Below are positions 62,724 through 64,000 of a DNA stretch of 64,000 nucleotides, piece after piece. Source of the stretch: an uncultured Actinomycetes bacterium (GTDB taxonomy: Bacteria; Actinomycetota; Thermoleophilia; UBA2241); assembly GCA_963725665.1 (NCBI GenBank), contig CAVRZA010000006.1:320001-384000 (forward strand), given 5' to 3'. The notes beneath the pieces were generated by a model. It worked only from the letters and a program-made list of their open reading frames with translations. It did not search any database and was not told the DNA's origin. Both the position numbers and the translations under genes were made by a program. The stretch's first letter is position 1, and the number at the start of each line of letters is the position of its first letter.

Positions 62724-62906
62724 CGTCCCCCCTTGAACAGCCGTTCTGGCGAATCACACATCCGTAGTCCGAAACTGTCAAGGGAAAGCGGATTCCGTGT
62801 TGGATTCGGCAGGAACGAGCGACGCGACGGCGCTAGCCCCTGCGCCTGGCATCAGTGTGCGAGCACGAGAGCCCTCGTGGGCGCCAGCACGTGCCCGAAG
62901 ACAGCT

Positions 62907-64000
62907 CTAGCGGCGGGCCGGTGCGGGCGTCGTCGCTGCCGGCGAGTGCACGCCCACGGCGTCGAAGGTGCACACCTGGCGACAGGTGTCGCACTTGATA
63001 CAGAGGCTCGTGTCGATGACGTGCGTCTGCTTCCTCTCGCCGGCGATGCATTGCACAGGGCACTTCTTGGCACACAGCGCGCAGCCGGTGCAGGCGTCGG
63101 CGTCGATGTAGTAGCTGATCAGGGCGCTGCAGCTGCCGGCCGGACAGCGTCCCTCTTCGACGTGCGCGGTGTACTCTTCGCGGAAGAAGCGCAGCGTCGT
63201 TAGCACGGGATTGGGCGCTGTGCCGCCGAGCGCGCAGAGGCTGCTGCGCTTGACCACGCCAGCGAGTCGTTCGAGCCGCTCGATGTCGCCCGCCTGGCCC
63301 TCACCGGCGCAGATGCGCTCGAGCGTCTCGAGCATGCGCTTCGTACCGATGCGGCACGGAACACACTTGCCACACGACTCCTTCTGCGTGAACTCGAGGA
63401 AGTACCGCGCCAGATCGACCATGCATGTGCGGTCGTCGACGACGACCATGCCGCCGGAGCCGAGGATGGCGCCCGTGGCGGCAAGCGACTCGTAGTCGAT
63501 GGGCGTGTCGAGGTGCGACGCCGGCAGACAGCCGCCTGAGGGTCCGCCGAGCTGTACAGCCTTGAATTCGCGCCCACCTTTCACCCCGCCGCCGACGTCG
63601 AAGATGATGTGGCGCAGAGTAGACCCCATCGGCACTTCCACCAGACCGCCGTTGACGATCTTGCCGGCCAGCGAGAACGCCTTGGTGCCCTTGCTCGTCT
63701 CCGAGCCGTGCACCGCGTAGGCAGCGCCGCCGTTGGCCATGATCCAGGGAACGTTGGCCCACGTCTCGACGTTGTTGATGTTGGTCGGCTTGCCGAAGAG
63801 GCCCGAGACGGCAGGATAGGGAGGCCGCGTGCGCGGCATGCCGCGCCGCCCCTCGATCGAGGCGATCATCGCCGTCTCCTCGCCGCACACAAAGGCGCCC
63901 GCGCCCTCCTTGACCTTGAGATGGAAGTCCCAGCCGGTGCCCATGATGTCGGAGCCCAGAAGACCCCGCTCCTCGGCGTCGGCCATGGCCTTGCGCAAGC
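62907..64000 (-). CDS. NuoF/HydB-type NADH-binding flavoprotein subunit with C-terminal 2x[4Fe-4S] (5' end outside the window)
   Basis: GAGAFVCGEETA, NNVET, GGPSGGC, ESCGKCVPCR, CTGCALCAKKCP, CIKCDTCRQVC. Confidence 0.9.
   Translation of the reverse strand, partial: LRKAMADAEERGLLGSDIMGTGWDFHLKVKEGAGAFVCGEETAMIASIEGRRGMPRTRPPYPAVSGLFGKPTNINNVETWANVPWIMANGGAAYAVHGSETSKGTKAFSLAGKIVNGGLVEVPMGSTLRHIIFDVGGGVKGGREFKAVQLGGPSGGCLPASHLDTPIDYESLAATGAILGSGGMVVVDDRTCMVDLARYFLEFTQKESCGKCVPCRIGTKRMLETLERICAGEGQAGDIERLERLAGVVKRSSLCALGGTAPNPVLTTLRFFREEYTAHVEEGRCPAGSCSALISYYIDADACTGCALCAKKCPVQCIAGERKQTHVIDTSLCIKCDTCRQVCTFDAVGVHSPAATTPAPARR

Overview
High-GC window, probably from an anaerobic actinobacterium-like organism (inferred from GC, leaderless/extended -10 promoters, gatCAB, AOR and a HydB/NuoF subunit). 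It holds about 56 CDS, mostly amine/amino-acid catabolic clusters. The main signal is a probable 22-amino-acid genetic code. A glycine/betaine-reductase B subunit has an in-frame TGA plus a SECIS-like hairpin (selenocysteine). A nitroreductase-pylB-pylC-pylD-pylT operon encodes pyrrolysine synthesis and a CUA-anticodon tRNA-Pyl; no pylS is in the window. The tRNA-Pyl gene has been used as an integration site: its 3' 33 bp are repeated 1.2 kb downstream, with tandem arm-like repeats and a decayed island in between. A GntR regulon (about 1-21 kb) links the Sec reductase, a polyamine-type ABC transporter, a divergent PLP decarboxylase, a LarA-like racemase and an OCD-like/glycerate kinase/non-canonical enolase cassette. 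That cassette appears to have replaced an older enolase/glycerate-kinase pair in place. Also present: an AOR operon, a TetR-controlled hydantoinase/ABC cluster, a (homo)citrate synthase-LeuCD-dehydrogenase operon, gatCAB, csp, and an Lrp/APC permease/metallophosphoesterase/nucleotidyltransferase module. Three genes carry single-base frameshifts that are probably sequencing errors.
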